Assembly (NCBI GenBank): GCA_039194325.1
Contig: JBCCWC010000008.1
Location: forward strand, 64,001-128,000
DNA from: Myxococcota bacterium
GTDB taxonomy: Bacteria > Myxococcota_A > Polyangia > Nannocystales > Nannocystaceae
Length of the DNA stretch: 64,000 nucleotides
Reading direction: 5' to 3'
Shown here: positions 1 through 11,264 of the stretch, piece after piece
How positions within the stretch are numbered: position 1 is the stretch's first letter
Layout of the letters: each line of letters opens with the position of its first letter
Notes under the pieces: generated by a model
Databases searched by the model: none
The model's input: the letters and a program-made list of their open reading frames with translations, nothing else
Told to the model about the DNA's origin: nothing
Position numbers and translations under genes: made by a program

Positions 1-406
1 CTCACCCGAGAGCGCCGGGCCCGGCGCACCCTGGCCGGGCGGGCCAGCAAATACGTCGTCACTTGATCAGGTGGGTCGACAACGCCCATCTGACTCCATT
101 TCACCGAGTTTCCCAGTGTGCTTGGCCTCACCTCATGTGAGGACAGATCTAGTTGTGCCAGTGAATAGAGGAGATCGCGGAGACGCCGCAGGCCCGACGA
201 TGGAGTGGTAGCCTGGGCCACCAGGCCGGCTCTATAGCAGATTTCCGGCCTAGAACGCTCATAACTCACCGAATTCGGGTTTGAGACAAAAACGCGACTT
301 TATCCCTGCCAAACCCCGTCCAGATGCTATAGCAGGCGCTTGTGGGCACCGACCGCGGGGCTTTCACCCTCCTGCGGGCCACTATCCTACGCACAGGGAC
401 GACCCG

Positions 407-2194
<1,788 letters not shown>

Positions 2195-2224
2195 AGCCGC
2201 CGCCGTCTCCGCGCTGTCGCCCGG

Positions 2225-2257
2225 GGCGCTCGACCATTGGCGCTCGACCATTGGCGC
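2225..2257. repeat. 14-bp tandem duplication (GGCGCTCGACCATT x2 plus partial)
   Basis: Read directly in the intergenic sequence after rpoD. Confidence 0.9.
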
Positions 2258-2302
2258 CCATACGGCGACGCCCCATGACCGACCGTACCCGAGCCCGACC
2301 CG

Positions 2303-2899
2303 GTGGTGACCGGCGCCGGGCTCGGCGCGTTTCGTGACCCGACGCTCCCCGATGTGTATCGTCGCGGCGTGCGGACGGCACAGCAGCTGAGCGAGGCCCT
2401 GCGTCGACGACCGGCCGCTCCCGCCACCCGGGGCCGGGTGCGCATGGTGGTGGCCCGGCAAAACGACGGCCAGCACGATGTGCTGGAGCGAGGGCGGATC
2501 ACGGTGGAGGAGGGTCTGGTGGGGGATCGCTGGGCCCAGGCGCCCTCGCCTGCGCTCGACCGCCAGATCACGCTGATGGAGCACTGGGTGGCCGAGCTGG
2601 TGGCCGACGGGCAGCCGGTGGATCGGCCGGGCGACAACCTGCTGGTCGATCTGGATCTGAGCGCACGCGCCGCTCCTGCGGGCACGCGCCTGCGGGCGGG
2701 GACTTGCGTGCTCGAGGTGACCGCCAAGCCACATACCGGCTGCAAGAAGTTCCGGGAGCGCTTCGGCCTCGATGCGCTGCGCTGGCTGAGCGTGCCCGAG
2801 CACGCGGATCGACGCCTGCGGGGGATCAACTGCCGCGTGGTCGAGTCGGGCGAGGTGGGCCCGGGGGACGAGATCGTCAACCTCGGGCCGGCGACCTAA
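2303..2899 (+). CDS. MOSC domain protein
   Basis: EGLVGDRW, RQITLM, PGDNLLVDLDLS, LEVTAKPHTGCKKF..RFG, RGINCRVVESGEVGPGD. Start uncertain. Confidence 0.88.
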   Translation: MVTGAGLGAFRDPTLPDVYRRGVRTAQQLSEALRRRPAAPATRGRVRMVVARQNDGQHDVLERGRITVEEGLVGDRWAQAPSPALDRQITLMEHWVAELVADGQPVDRPGDNLLVDLDLSARAAPAGTRLRAGTCVLEVTAKPHTGCKKFRERFGLDALRWLSVPEHADRRLRGINCRVVESGEVGPGDEIVNLGPAT

Positions 2900-2914
2900 C
2901 ACGCCGGGTTTGAC

Positions 2915-3880
2915 GTGATGCAATCGACGGTTGCACGCCATGGACTCGACGCGACCCGGCCACGGAACCACGCTGGGGGTCACGTTGCCATGTCGCCCCT
3001 GCTGCGCTTGATGCACTCACTCGATCGCTGCGGGCTTGGCCGGCTCGTTGGGCTCGCAGCGCTCGCCCTGCTGGTGGGTGGGCCCGCAATAGCGCAGGCC
3101 AACCCGGTCAACGCCGAGAAGCTGCTGACCGATCCCGAGGAGGGAGGGTGGAGCGGCTCGCTGAGCACAAACTTTGCGCTCTCGGTCGGCAACGTCGACC
3201 GGCTGAGCCTGGGATTCAGCGGCGGGCTCCAGTACTGGACGCTCTACCCCGAGGGCGTGGGATACCGCGACCGGCCCGCGCCGAGCGGAGCGCGCCGCTT
3301 CTTTCGGGATCGCTGGGTGCTGATCACCAACGCCGCCTTCATCCGGGTGGGGGACAACGATGTGGTCAACAATGGCTTTGCCCACACCCGCTATACCCGC
3401 ATGTGGCGACCGCGGGTGGGCTCGGACTTCTTCGCGCAGTCCCAGTACAACGAGTTCAAGCTGCTGCAGCAGCGCTCGCTGGGCGGGCTGGGGATCCGGG
3501 TCGATCCGATCAACCAGCGCGCGGCACAGGTGTGGGCCGGCACGGGGTACATGGCCGAGTACGAGCGCAACAACATCGATCCGGCGATCGATCCTCACCC
3601 GGCGCGAGTGGTCAACCACCGCTGGACCAGCTATGCGGTGCTACAGCTGCGCCTTTGGGACTCGGCCTTCGTGGCGCGCAACACCACCTACTTCCAGCCG
3701 CGCTTCGACGATTTTGCGGACTTTCGCCTGCTCGAGGCGCTCCAGATGGAGACGCGCGCAGGGGTGGTCGCCCTGGGCGTGGAGGTGGAGCTGCAGTACG
3801 ACAACGACCCTCCTGTGGTCAGCGGGGTGGTGCCGCTGGATGTGTTCGTGATCAACTACCTGCGGATCGGAGGCGGCTGA
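2915..3880 (+). CDS. DUF481-like outer-membrane beta-barrel protein
   Basis: Signal-like hydrophobic stretch ending AIAQA, amphipathic beta strands, FAQSQYNEFKLLQQRSLGGLG, YFQPRFDDFADFR, YDNDPP. True start is probably downstream of 2915. Confidence 0.75.
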   Translation: MMQSTVARHGLDATRPRNHAGGHVAMSPLLRLMHSLDRCGLGRLVGLAALALLVGGPAIAQANPVNAEKLLTDPEEGGWSGSLSTNFALSVGNVDRLSLGFSGGLQYWTLYPEGVGYRDRPAPSGARRFFRDRWVLITNAAFIRVGDNDVVNNGFAHTRYTRMWRPRVGSDFFAQSQYNEFKLLQQRSLGGLGIRVDPINQRAAQVWAGTGYMAEYERNNIDPAIDPHPARVVNHRWTSYAVLQLRLWDSAFVARNTTYFQPRFDDFADFRLLEALQMETRAGVVALGVEVELQYDNDPPVVSGVVPLDVFVINYLRIGGG

Positions 3881-3890
3881 GCTATCTATC

Positions 3891-3944
3891 TATGCCGAGG
3901 CCGGCTGGGAATGCGCGACTTCGTCGCGCCCGGCCTCGGTCTTG
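3891..3944 (-). repeat. REP-like nested-hairpin element, copy 1
   Basis: Reverse complement CAAGACCGAGGCCGGGCGCGACGAAGTCGCGCATTCCCAGCCGGCCTCGGCATA is near-identical to the copies at 7903-8019. Confidence 0.92.
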
Positions 3945-4018
3945 CGCATGGGGCATCCAGAAAAGAGCAAAAACCGGGGTTTTCTCGGGAGCGCCGCGCA
4001 GGGGCTGAGCGCTCGGGC

Positions 4019-4603
4019 TCAGAGCCCGAAGCGGTTCCTGAGCACCTGCGACAGATCGTGGAACTGCATGGGGCGGTCTTCGTTGGCCTCCAGGGCGATC
4101 CCGCGGTCGCCGGTGGGGGTGCACCAGTCGAGGGTGACGAAGACGCGCGACTGGCTGGGGTTGGCGGCCTGCCAGGCCACCTTCGCTCGGGAGGGCCGCG
4201 TGCTGACCCCGTCGGCGCTGGGCATGACCGCGTCGTAGCTGGCGATGGCCAGGTCGATCGACATCACGGCCACCTGCGGAATTCCGGTCGCCACCTTGGC
4301 CACCGCACCCATCGGCCCCACGAGGCCCATGAAGACCTCCTTGGCATAGAGCTCGCTGGCCTTGGGCGCCTCTTCGTGCACGGTGACCGTTACGTGGCCG
4401 CCCGAGCCGGCGACGACCTCGATGTGGGGGCGCTTCTCCAGGTGGCGCCGGATCGCAGCCGGATAGCCGTGAAAGACGAAGGGCTTGCCGGTGGGGGTCA
4501 GTGCGATCCGCCCCCGAGGGTAGAGCAATGCGGTGGTGTCGTTGATGAGATAGCCCGCTCCCAGCCAGTCGACCCAGCCCTTTTCGATCGTCGTCATTCC
4601 CAT
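4019..4603 (-). CDS. hypothetical protein (194 aa)
   Basis: GC3-biased frame with normal amino-acid composition. No recognised motif. Confidence 0.7.
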   Translation of the reverse strand: MGMTTIEKGWVDWLGAGYLINDTTALLYPRGRIALTPTGKPFVFHGYPAAIRRHLEKRPHIEVVAGSGGHVTVTVHEEAPKASELYAKEVFMGLVGPMGAVAKVATGIPQVAVMSIDLAIASYDAVMPSADGVSTRPSRAKVAWQAANPSQSRVFVTLDWCTPTGDRGIALEANEDRPMQFHDLSQVLRNRFGL

Positions 4604-4788
4604 GGATTCATTCTCTTCGGCAACTCAAGCTAGCACTGAGAATTGACGCGACCATCGGCCAAGCTGCCGTTTTATCGACCGATCATCTCGGTCGATCGAC
4701 CGAACGAGGTGGTGCTCGTGCCCCCCATAGACCGACGGGGCCAGCATTGATCCGAGTCAACCCCCTCGGCCGGGCCGCTCGGCCGGGC

Positions 4789-5643
4789 CTACTCGCCGTT
4801 GACGGTGAGCCACAGCCGCTGGCTATGGCCGTGGCGCGGCTCGACCCGGTGCAGCCGAAGCTTGGCCCCCTGCTCGATCTCGTCTTGCAAAGCCCGGATC
4901 GCCCCGGGGTCGTCGGAGTCGATGTAGCGATCGCCCCCCCCGGTGGGCCGTCGCCAGCCGGGTCGCAGCGGAGCCGACACGCGCTCGTCGGTCATGTCGA
5001 TGCGGTAGGTGAAGGTCTCCACGTGGGTGTGGGCCGGAGTGTAGGCGTTGAGCAGGTGCATCTCGCCCAGCGCCAGGTGCAGGTTGATGCTAGTGCTCGA
5101 CCACTGGGTGGCGCCGTACTGCTTGACGACCCGGGCCATCTTGACCGCGTAGCTCTTGGTGATCGTGCCCAACCCCGAGAGCGGCTCGGTTCGCGCCACG
5201 TAATTCGAAGAGCTGAGGTTGTGACCGAACCAAGCCCCTTCTTCGGCGCAGCGAATGGCCACCCACATGGACAAGGGGACGAACACGTCGTTGTAGGTGG
5301 GGCCGATCACGTCGTAGGCCCGGCGCAGCTCGTCGCCGAGCAGCGACGCCTTGCGGCCAAAGCCGAACACGATGCCCGGGAACTCCCCGCAATCGAAGAG
5401 CACCCAGCGGGGCATCAGCATCTCCTGGCCGCCGAAGGAGAAGGCGTCGAGGTGGTGCAGGCCGTCGATCACCTCGCGGCTGCGCAGGGTGGTGGGGTCG
5501 TAAAGCCGCTCTTGCGGCAGCTCGAGCCCGAAGGGGCGCAGGTCGAGCGCCCCGAGGTTGGCCGGGTAGGTGACCAGGTAGGGCTCGCAGGACTCGAGGA
5601 TCCGCTGGTACTTGGGAGCGAGCTCGTCTTTGCTCAGCTCCAC
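4789..5643 (-). CDS. hypothetical protein with putative GNAT-like fold
   Basis: GTG 5643 overlaps the argF 3' end. Segments LDAFSF, FGHNLSS..LSGLGTITKSYAV and GATQWSSTSINLHLALG follow the RimI-like GNAT order. Confidence 0.65.
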   Translation of the reverse strand: MELSKDELAPKYQRILESCEPYLVTYPANLGALDLRPFGLELPQERLYDPTTLRSREVIDGLHHLDAFSFGGQEMLMPRWVLFDCGEFPGIVFGFGRKASLLGDELRRAYDVIGPTYNDVFVPLSMWVAIRCAEEGAWFGHNLSSSNYVARTEPLSGLGTITKSYAVKMARVVKQYGATQWSSTSINLHLALGEMHLLNAYTPAHTHVETFTYRIDMTDERVSAPLRPGWRRPTGGGDRYIDSDDPGAIRALQDEIEQGAKLRLHRVEPRHGHSQRLWLTVNGE

Positions 5644-6575
5644 GACGCGCCCCCCATCAGCAGCAACATCAGGGCTTTTTGCGCGTGCAGGCGGTTCTCG
5701 GCCTCGTCGAAGACGACCGAGCGCGGGCCGTCCATGACCTCGGCGGTGACCTCGTCCCCGCGGTGGGCGGGCAGGCAGTGCATGAAGATCGCGCCGTCCT
5801 TGCCGGTGGCCTTCATGACGTCCTCGGTGATCGTGTAGCCGGCCAGGGTCTTCATCAGGGCCTTGGCCTCCTCCTCCTCGCCCATGCTGACCCAGGTGTC
5901 GGTGTAGAGCACGTCGGCGCCCTTGACGGCCTCGAGCAGGTTGGTCTCGACGGCCACCCGGGTACCCGCATCGCTGGCGGCAGCGCGCGCCCGGTCGAGC
6001 ACGGTGGCATTGGGTCGCAGGGAGTCCGGGCACGCGACCACCACTTCCATGCCGGTGCGCGGGCCCAGCAACATCAGCGAGTGGGCCACGTTGTTGCCGG
6101 CCCCCACATAGACGAGCTTCTTGCCCTGGGTGCTACCGAGGTGCTCACGGATCGTCAGCGCGTCGGCCAACGCCTGGCAGGGGTGGTAGAGATCGGTCAG
6201 CGCGTTGACCACGGGGATCGAGCCGTGCTCCGCGAGGCCGTCGACTTGGTCTTGCCCGAAGGTACGAATGACGATCGCGTGGACGAAGCGCGAGAGCACC
6301 TTGGCGGTGTCGGCCACCGTCTCGCCACGCCCCATCTGCATGCCAGTGCCGCCCGAGGTGCTCAGCACCACCGGCTGCGCTCCCAGCTGGTGCAGGCCCA
6401 CCTCGAAGGAGATCCGGGTACGGGTGGATTGCTTGGCGAAGATCATCGCCACCGACTTGCCCGCCAGCGCGCTGGCATGGCCACCGGGGTTCGCCTTGAC
6501 CTCGGCCGCGAGGTCGACGATCCGAGCGGTCTCGGCGGGGGAAAGATCCAGCAGGCTACGTAGGTGTCTGGTCAT
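5634..6575 (-). CDS. argF: ornithine carbamoyltransferase
   Basis: STRTRISF carbamoyl-phosphate motif, GRGET..DTA, NALTDLYHPCQ, DTWVSMG, HCLPAHRG, EAENRLH. Confidence 0.96.
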   Translation of the reverse strand: MTRHLRSLLDLSPAETARIVDLAAEVKANPGGHASALAGKSVAMIFAKQSTRTRISFEVGLHQLGAQPVVLSTSGGTGMQMGRGETVADTAKVLSRFVHAIVIRTFGQDQVDGLAEHGSIPVVNALTDLYHPCQALADALTIREHLGSTQGKKLVYVGAGNNVAHSLMLLGPRTGMEVVVACPDSLRPNATVLDRARAAASDAGTRVAVETNLLEAVKGADVLYTDTWVSMGEEEEAKALMKTLAGYTITEDVMKATGKDGAIFMHCLPAHRGDEVTAEVMDGPRSVVFDEAENRLHAQKALMLLLMGGASWS

Positions 6576-6653
6576 CGCGATCTACGAAATACCGGATCCT
6601 CGCCACCGTGGAGCAACGGATGGGCGTCGGGAAACACACGGGGCGAGCCCGCG

Positions 6654-6743
6654 CGATGATCGAGCGATGATCGAGCGATGATCGAGTGATGCTCGAACGA
6701 CGATCGAGTGATGTTCGAGCGATGATCGAGCGATGATCGAGCG
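6654..6743. repeat. 11-bp tandem repeat (CGATGATCGAG), 8 copies, central 3 degenerate
   Basis: Read directly upstream of argF. Confidence 0.93.
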
Positions 6744-6837
6744 CCCCGGTCTAGCCACGGTGCAAAGCGCTCACAACGCGCCTGCCCGGTCCATCTTGGG
6801 TCGCGGACAGTGCTGACGCGGCCGTGCCCGGGCAGGA

Positions 6838-7734
6838 TCAGTACCCTGCGGAGGGTGGCACGGGGCGGCCGCTCGGGACTGCACCCGCGGCCGGCGGGTC
6901 CGGATCCTCGACCGAGGTGGTCGACTGGGGTGCTGGGGGCTCAGCTGAACCGGAAGGTCGCAGAGCATCCTGCTCGGAGGGCAGAGCCACTGGCCCAGTT
7001 GCGCCCGTGGAGGGCCCGACCGATGGAGCGACCGGCGGAGCACTAGGGGCGGAGGGCTCGAGCTCGAGCGGCTCCGGGGTCTCGAACAACGAGAGAACAT
7101 CAACCTCGGGCAGGGGCCTGGGCTCGATGTGCGGCAGCGCGGCCTGGGCTGGTTCGATCGGCGCCGGGTCGTCGAACATCGGTGCTGGCAGCCGGAGCCG
7201 ATGCTCGTGCTCGACCGATGCACCGGATGGTCGCTCGAACGGCGCCCGCGTAGGGCTGGATCGAGCAAGTGACCGGCTCGTCCGCGGCGAACGTGCGGTC
7301 GTCGGGGCGGGTGTGGCCTGCTCGGGCTTCTCGCTCGTCTCGGGACGGATCGACGGACCGGGCAACGGCGTGTGCTCCGGCAGCACCACCGTGGCCAGCG
7401 CCGGGTGCGGCGGGACGACGGGAGCAACCTCGGTCGGGGCGCCGATCGGCGTGGACTCGCGTGGGTCGTCGGCGAACACCTCGACGCCCATCAACGGCTC
7501 GGTCGGCTCGTGGGTCGAGGGCTCGGAGCCATCGCCGCGCAGCAGCGTGATCATCCCGGCCAGCGAAAGGGACGAGACCACGATCACCGCCACCAGCAGG
7601 CCCGGGCCCCGTGATCGCTGTGGGCCGACCACCGCGGGTCGCTCGGCCCACAGGTCGAGCTCGCGGTCGAGCCCGCGATGCAGGTCGGCCTGCGCGGCTT
7701 CGTCGTATGCGCGGGCGTCATCGAGTCGGGTCAT
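6838..7734 (-). CDS. Pro-rich single-pass membrane protein
   Basis: MTRLDDARAY start, TM segment LLVAVIVVSSLSLAGMITLL, long P/E/A/S-rich tail. Confidence 0.65.
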   Translation of the reverse strand: MTRLDDARAYDEAAQADLHRGLDRELDLWAERPAVVGPQRSRGPGLLVAVIVVSSLSLAGMITLLRGDGSEPSTHEPTEPLMGVEVFADDPRESTPIGAPTEVAPVVPPHPALATVVLPEHTPLPGPSIRPETSEKPEQATPAPTTARSPRTSRSLARSSPTRAPFERPSGASVEHEHRLRLPAPMFDDPAPIEPAQAALPHIEPRPLPEVDVLSLFETPEPLELEPSAPSAPPVAPSVGPSTGATGPVALPSEQDALRPSGSAEPPAPQSTTSVEDPDPPAAGAVPSGRPVPPSAGY

Positions 7735-7902
7735 GGGCGCTCTCCATGGGCGGGGGCCGAGCGCAGCGGCCGGGCCTCGCTCCCTGGCGAGCTGCCCGAT
7801 CCGAAGCGTGCACCCTCGTCCCCTGTGTACGATCACCTACGCCATCGACCCAAGAAAGACACCAATGCTCGGGACGTCCGTCCCTCCAGGGTCCCGCTTA
7901 CG

Positions 7903-8019
7903 CAAGACCGAGGGCGGGCGCGACACCGTCGCGCTTCCCCTCCCGGCCTCGGCATACATAACAAGACCGAGGCCGGGCGCGACGAAGTCGCGCATTCCCT
8001 CCCGGCCTCGGCATACATA
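7903..8019 (+). repeat. REP-like nested-hairpin element, two tandem copies (7903-7960, 7962-8019)
   Basis: Each copy reads CAAGACCGAGG(G/C)CGGGCGCGAC-nnn-GTCGCGC..CCCTCCCGGCCTCGGCATACATA. Confidence 0.93.
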
Positions 8020-8021
8020 CT

Positions 8022-9362
8022 TCAGCCGCCGACGGCGGCGGAGACCTCGACGGCGGCGGAGACCGAGGCGGTCAGGTCGGCGATCGACGAGGTCATGACG
8101 TCGGCCGCGATCGGCAGCTCCTGGAGGGCACAGGCGGCCCCGATCGAGGCTCGGATGTTGGCGTCGGCCTCCAGATCGGCGGCCGCGTCGGTCACCGCCG
8201 TGCCAGCGGCATCGATGAGTCCCTGGCCAGACTCGAGCAGCAGGTCGCCCTGGGCTCGCGCGGCGAGCAAGGCTGAGAAGTGGCCGCGGAAGCCGTTGAT
8301 CCAGGCGCGGAACTCGGCCTGCGCGGTGACGTCGCCCTCGAGCTCGGCGCTCCACTCCCAGGTGATCGCTACGGTGGGCGGGGTGCACTCGACGCTGGCA
8401 GAGGCCTTGGCCTCGACGCTGGCCTCACACTCGGCGCTGACCGAGGGCGGCTCGGCGCTGCCTTCACAGCCCGCTTCGCACTGGACCGAGCCACCAGCCT
8501 CGGCCTCGCAGCGGGCCTGGGCCCCGGCCTCGCAGCCGACCTCGGGATTGCCGGTCACCTCGCAGGAGCCCTCGCACATGCCATCGCACGAGGCGGCCAC
8601 GTCGAGCTCGCACGAGCCAGTACACATGCCCCCTTCACAGCGACCATTGCAGCTGCCATCGGCGTTTTGCACCGAGCAGGTCCCCGTGCAGCCTCCCTTG
8701 CAGGTGCCCTCGCACGCGACCCCGCCTTCGGCAGAGCAGGTGCCCTGGCACATCCCGCTACACTCGACGCTGGGCGCTTGCGCGGTGCAGCGCAGCTCGG
8801 CCGAGGCTCCGCAGTCCACGGCCACTCCGGCCTCGACCTCGCACGAGCCTTCACAGGCAAAGCTGACCTCGCCAGGGTCGACCTCGGCGTCGCACTCGGC
8901 CGAGGCCGCGGCCATCACCTCGACCGAGGCCTCGCAGCGTGCGGGCTCGGCCTGAACACGGAGGCCTCCGCTCACCGCGCCCGCGATGCGCCCTTCGATC
9001 GCGGCCCGAATGTCTGCCCCCGCCGCCCCAGGCTCTAGACCCACGGAGACCGCAATTGCGTCGAGCTCGGCGCGGATCGTGCCCTGGACCTGGCCGACCT
9101 TGGCGTTGACGTCGATGACCGCACCAAAGAAGGAGTCGATCGAGGCAATTCCCGAGACGCTGGCGTTGCCCTCGAGCACGCCCCCGGCCTCGCAATTGAT
9201 GTCGAGACCGCATTGCTCGGCGATCCGGTCGGCGGCCCCGCCTTCCTGGCAGCCCTGGAGGGCTCCGGCTCCCGCTCCGACGAGCAGGCCCAGCCCCAGG
9301 GTGGCGGCGGAGATCCGAGGAAAGAACGAAGGGGTACGGGAGGACGATTGCTGGTGCCGCAT
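8022..9362 (-). CDS. Cys-rich myxobacterial lipoprotein
   Basis: Lipobox-like ALQGC, many CxGxCxG repeats, helical C-terminus. Confidence 0.8.
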   Translation of the reverse strand: MRHQQSSSRTPSFFPRISAATLGLGLLVGAGAGALQGCQEGGAADRIAEQCGLDINCEAGGVLEGNASVSGIASIDSFFGAVIDVNAKVGQVQGTIRAELDAIAVSVGLEPGAAGADIRAAIEGRIAGAVSGGLRVQAEPARCEASVEVMAAASAECDAEVDPGEVSFACEGSCEVEAGVAVDCGASAELRCTAQAPSVECSGMCQGTCSAEGGVACEGTCKGGCTGTCSVQNADGSCNGRCEGGMCTGSCELDVAASCDGMCEGSCEVTGNPEVGCEAGAQARCEAEAGGSVQCEAGCEGSAEPPSVSAECEASVEAKASASVECTPPTVAITWEWSAELEGDVTAQAEFRAWINGFRGHFSALLAARAQGDLLLESGQGLIDAAGTAVTDAAADLEADANIRASIGAACALQELPIAADVMTSSIADLTASVSAAVEVSAAVGG

Positions 9363-9606
9363 GGTCGGGCTTCACCGTGGCACGCCAACCACGGAGCAAA
9401 CCAGGATGAATGTGATCGGTAGATCATGGAGCATGAGATCCGGATCACATGACCGATGAGCTCGACTCGCATCGACGGTTCGCTTCGAACCGATCGCGCG
9501 ACCGGTTCGTTCTCGCCACGATTTGTTCGATCGTCGTCGATCGGTGCTCGATCATCCCGCGACGACTAGCCGGCCGGACGAGTCCAGGGTAGCGTGACCC
9601 TGCGCG

Positions 9607-10390
9607 ATGGCGATCGTGCTCCAGCTCTCCGACCCCCACCTGCTCCAGGATCCCGACGCGCGCCTGCGAGGGGTCCCCACGCGGCAGACCCCTGGGCGAT
9701 GTGCTGGAGCTGGCCCGCGAGCGCCTGCCCGCGATCGATCGCGTGGTGCTGACCGGTGATCTGGCCCACGACGAGCATCCCACCACCTATGTGGCGCTGC
9801 GCTCGTTGCTGGGTCGTGATGGAGACAACGCGCTGGCCCTGCCGGGCAACCATGACGACCGGGCGGCGCTACGCGCCGCGTTCCCTTCGATCCCGGGCGA
9901 CGGGGCGGCTTCGGTCCGGTTCGTCACGCAGCTCGAAGGTTGGTGCCTGCTCGGGCTCGACTCGCAGATCACCGGCGAGAACACGGGGCGGATCGGTGCG
10001 CCTCAGCTCGCCTGGCTCCGCGACATGTTGGCCGCCCACGCGGACCGACCCACCGTGGTGTTCGTCCATCACGCACCGATCGCCACCGGGCATCCCTACA
10101 TGGACAGCATGGGGTTGCTCGACGCCGAGGCGCTGGCCGAGGTCCTGGCGGAGGCTCCGCAGGTGCGCGCGCTGTGCAACGGACACATCCACCGCGACCT
10201 CGAGGGCACGCTGGGCGCGGTACCGGTCTACGGGGCCCCCTCGACCGCGTTCCAGTTCCCGGCATGCCCGGACGAGGGCGACTTCGATCTTCGACCCCCG
10301 GGGTGTCGCGTGCTGCACCTTTCGCCCGACGGCCTACGCACGCAGGTGCTGCGACTACCGCTGCTGGAGTACGTGCCCCACCGCAGCTGA
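9607..10390 (+). pseudogene. CpdA/Icc-like 3',5'-cyclic-nucleotide phosphodiesterase, frameshifted
   Basis: N-terminus MAIVLQLSDPHL (DxH motif) from ATG 9607 is in a different frame from TGDLAHD, PGNHD, HHAP and GHIH. There is an extra C in the CCCC run at 9689-9692. Confidence 0.82.
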
Positions 10391-10588
10391 GCCCCCAGCG
10401 AGCACGAACGAACTGCCGTGCAGACCCCCGGGCATGGAGTACGCCTCGAATGGCAAGTCGTTCGAGCCAACGGCTTCAACCGTTCCGTTCCTTGTCACGA
10501 GGTGACGCGCGGATACGAACTCGGCGGGCACCTTCACCCGCAGTTCGCCACGACTAGCGGCGAGGGGCTCGGGTACGATGGACGCCTT

Positions 10589-11089
10589 ATGAGCCGCCGT
10601 CCGACGATGCCCGACCCCCGCTCCTGGCTCGGCCGAGCCCTGCTGCTCACCACGCTCGCCCTGCCGCCGCTGGCGTGCCGCGACGAGCCGGACATCCCCG
10701 ACTGCGAGGAGGACCAGGCGTCCGAGATCTGCGAGGTCTTCCGCCTGGTGAACACCGAGCGAGCCGACGCGGATCTCCCCGCTCAGGCGTGGGATCGGGA
10801 GCTGGCCGTAGCCGCGCAGCTCCACGCCGAGGACATGGTCGACAACGACTACTTCGATCACACGTCGCTCGACGGTCGCTCGTTCTCCGATCGAGCGCAG
10901 GACGCGGGCTACGAGGGATTTCCCCGCGGGGAGAACATCGCGGCCGGGCAGCAGACCCCCCAGCAGGTGATGGAGGCCTGGATGGGCTCGACCGGCCACC
11001 GCCAGAATATCTTGTCGGATGCCGACGAGATCGGGGTCGGGTTCGCGAACAACCACTGGGTGCAGGTGTTCGGACAGGGAGCCCCCTGA
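10589..11089 (+). CDS. CAP (SCP-like) domain lipoprotein
   Basis: Lipobox PLAC, VNTER, AAQLHAEDM..YFDH, GENIA, WMGSTGHRQNIL. Confidence 0.92.
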   Translation: MSRRPTMPDPRSWLGRALLLTTLALPPLACRDEPDIPDCEEDQASEICEVFRLVNTERADADLPAQAWDRELAVAAQLHAEDMVDNDYFDHTSLDGRSFSDRAQDAGYEGFPRGENIAAGQQTPQQVMEAWMGSTGHRQNILSDADEIGVGFANNHWVQVFGQGAP

Positions 11090-11264
11090 CGACACCGACC
11101 TCCTGAGACTCCGCGGAGTGCGCATGCCCCCGAGTCCTTGGATCTCGGGCAGTTGGCGGCCACCTCGACCTGCCTCACAAAATTCGATCGCACCTAGATC
11201 GGAGCCCCACGCAGCCCGTTGACACCCGGCGTCTCGCCGACCCTCCACCAGCAACGGACCCACG

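Noticed and set aside
7903..8019. Possible CRISPR mini-array
   Set aside because: Units are about 58 bp with a 1-nt gap, so there are no spacers, and there are no cas genes.
9378..9395. Sigma-54 promoter (TGGCACG)
   Set aside because: No TTGC at the -12 position.
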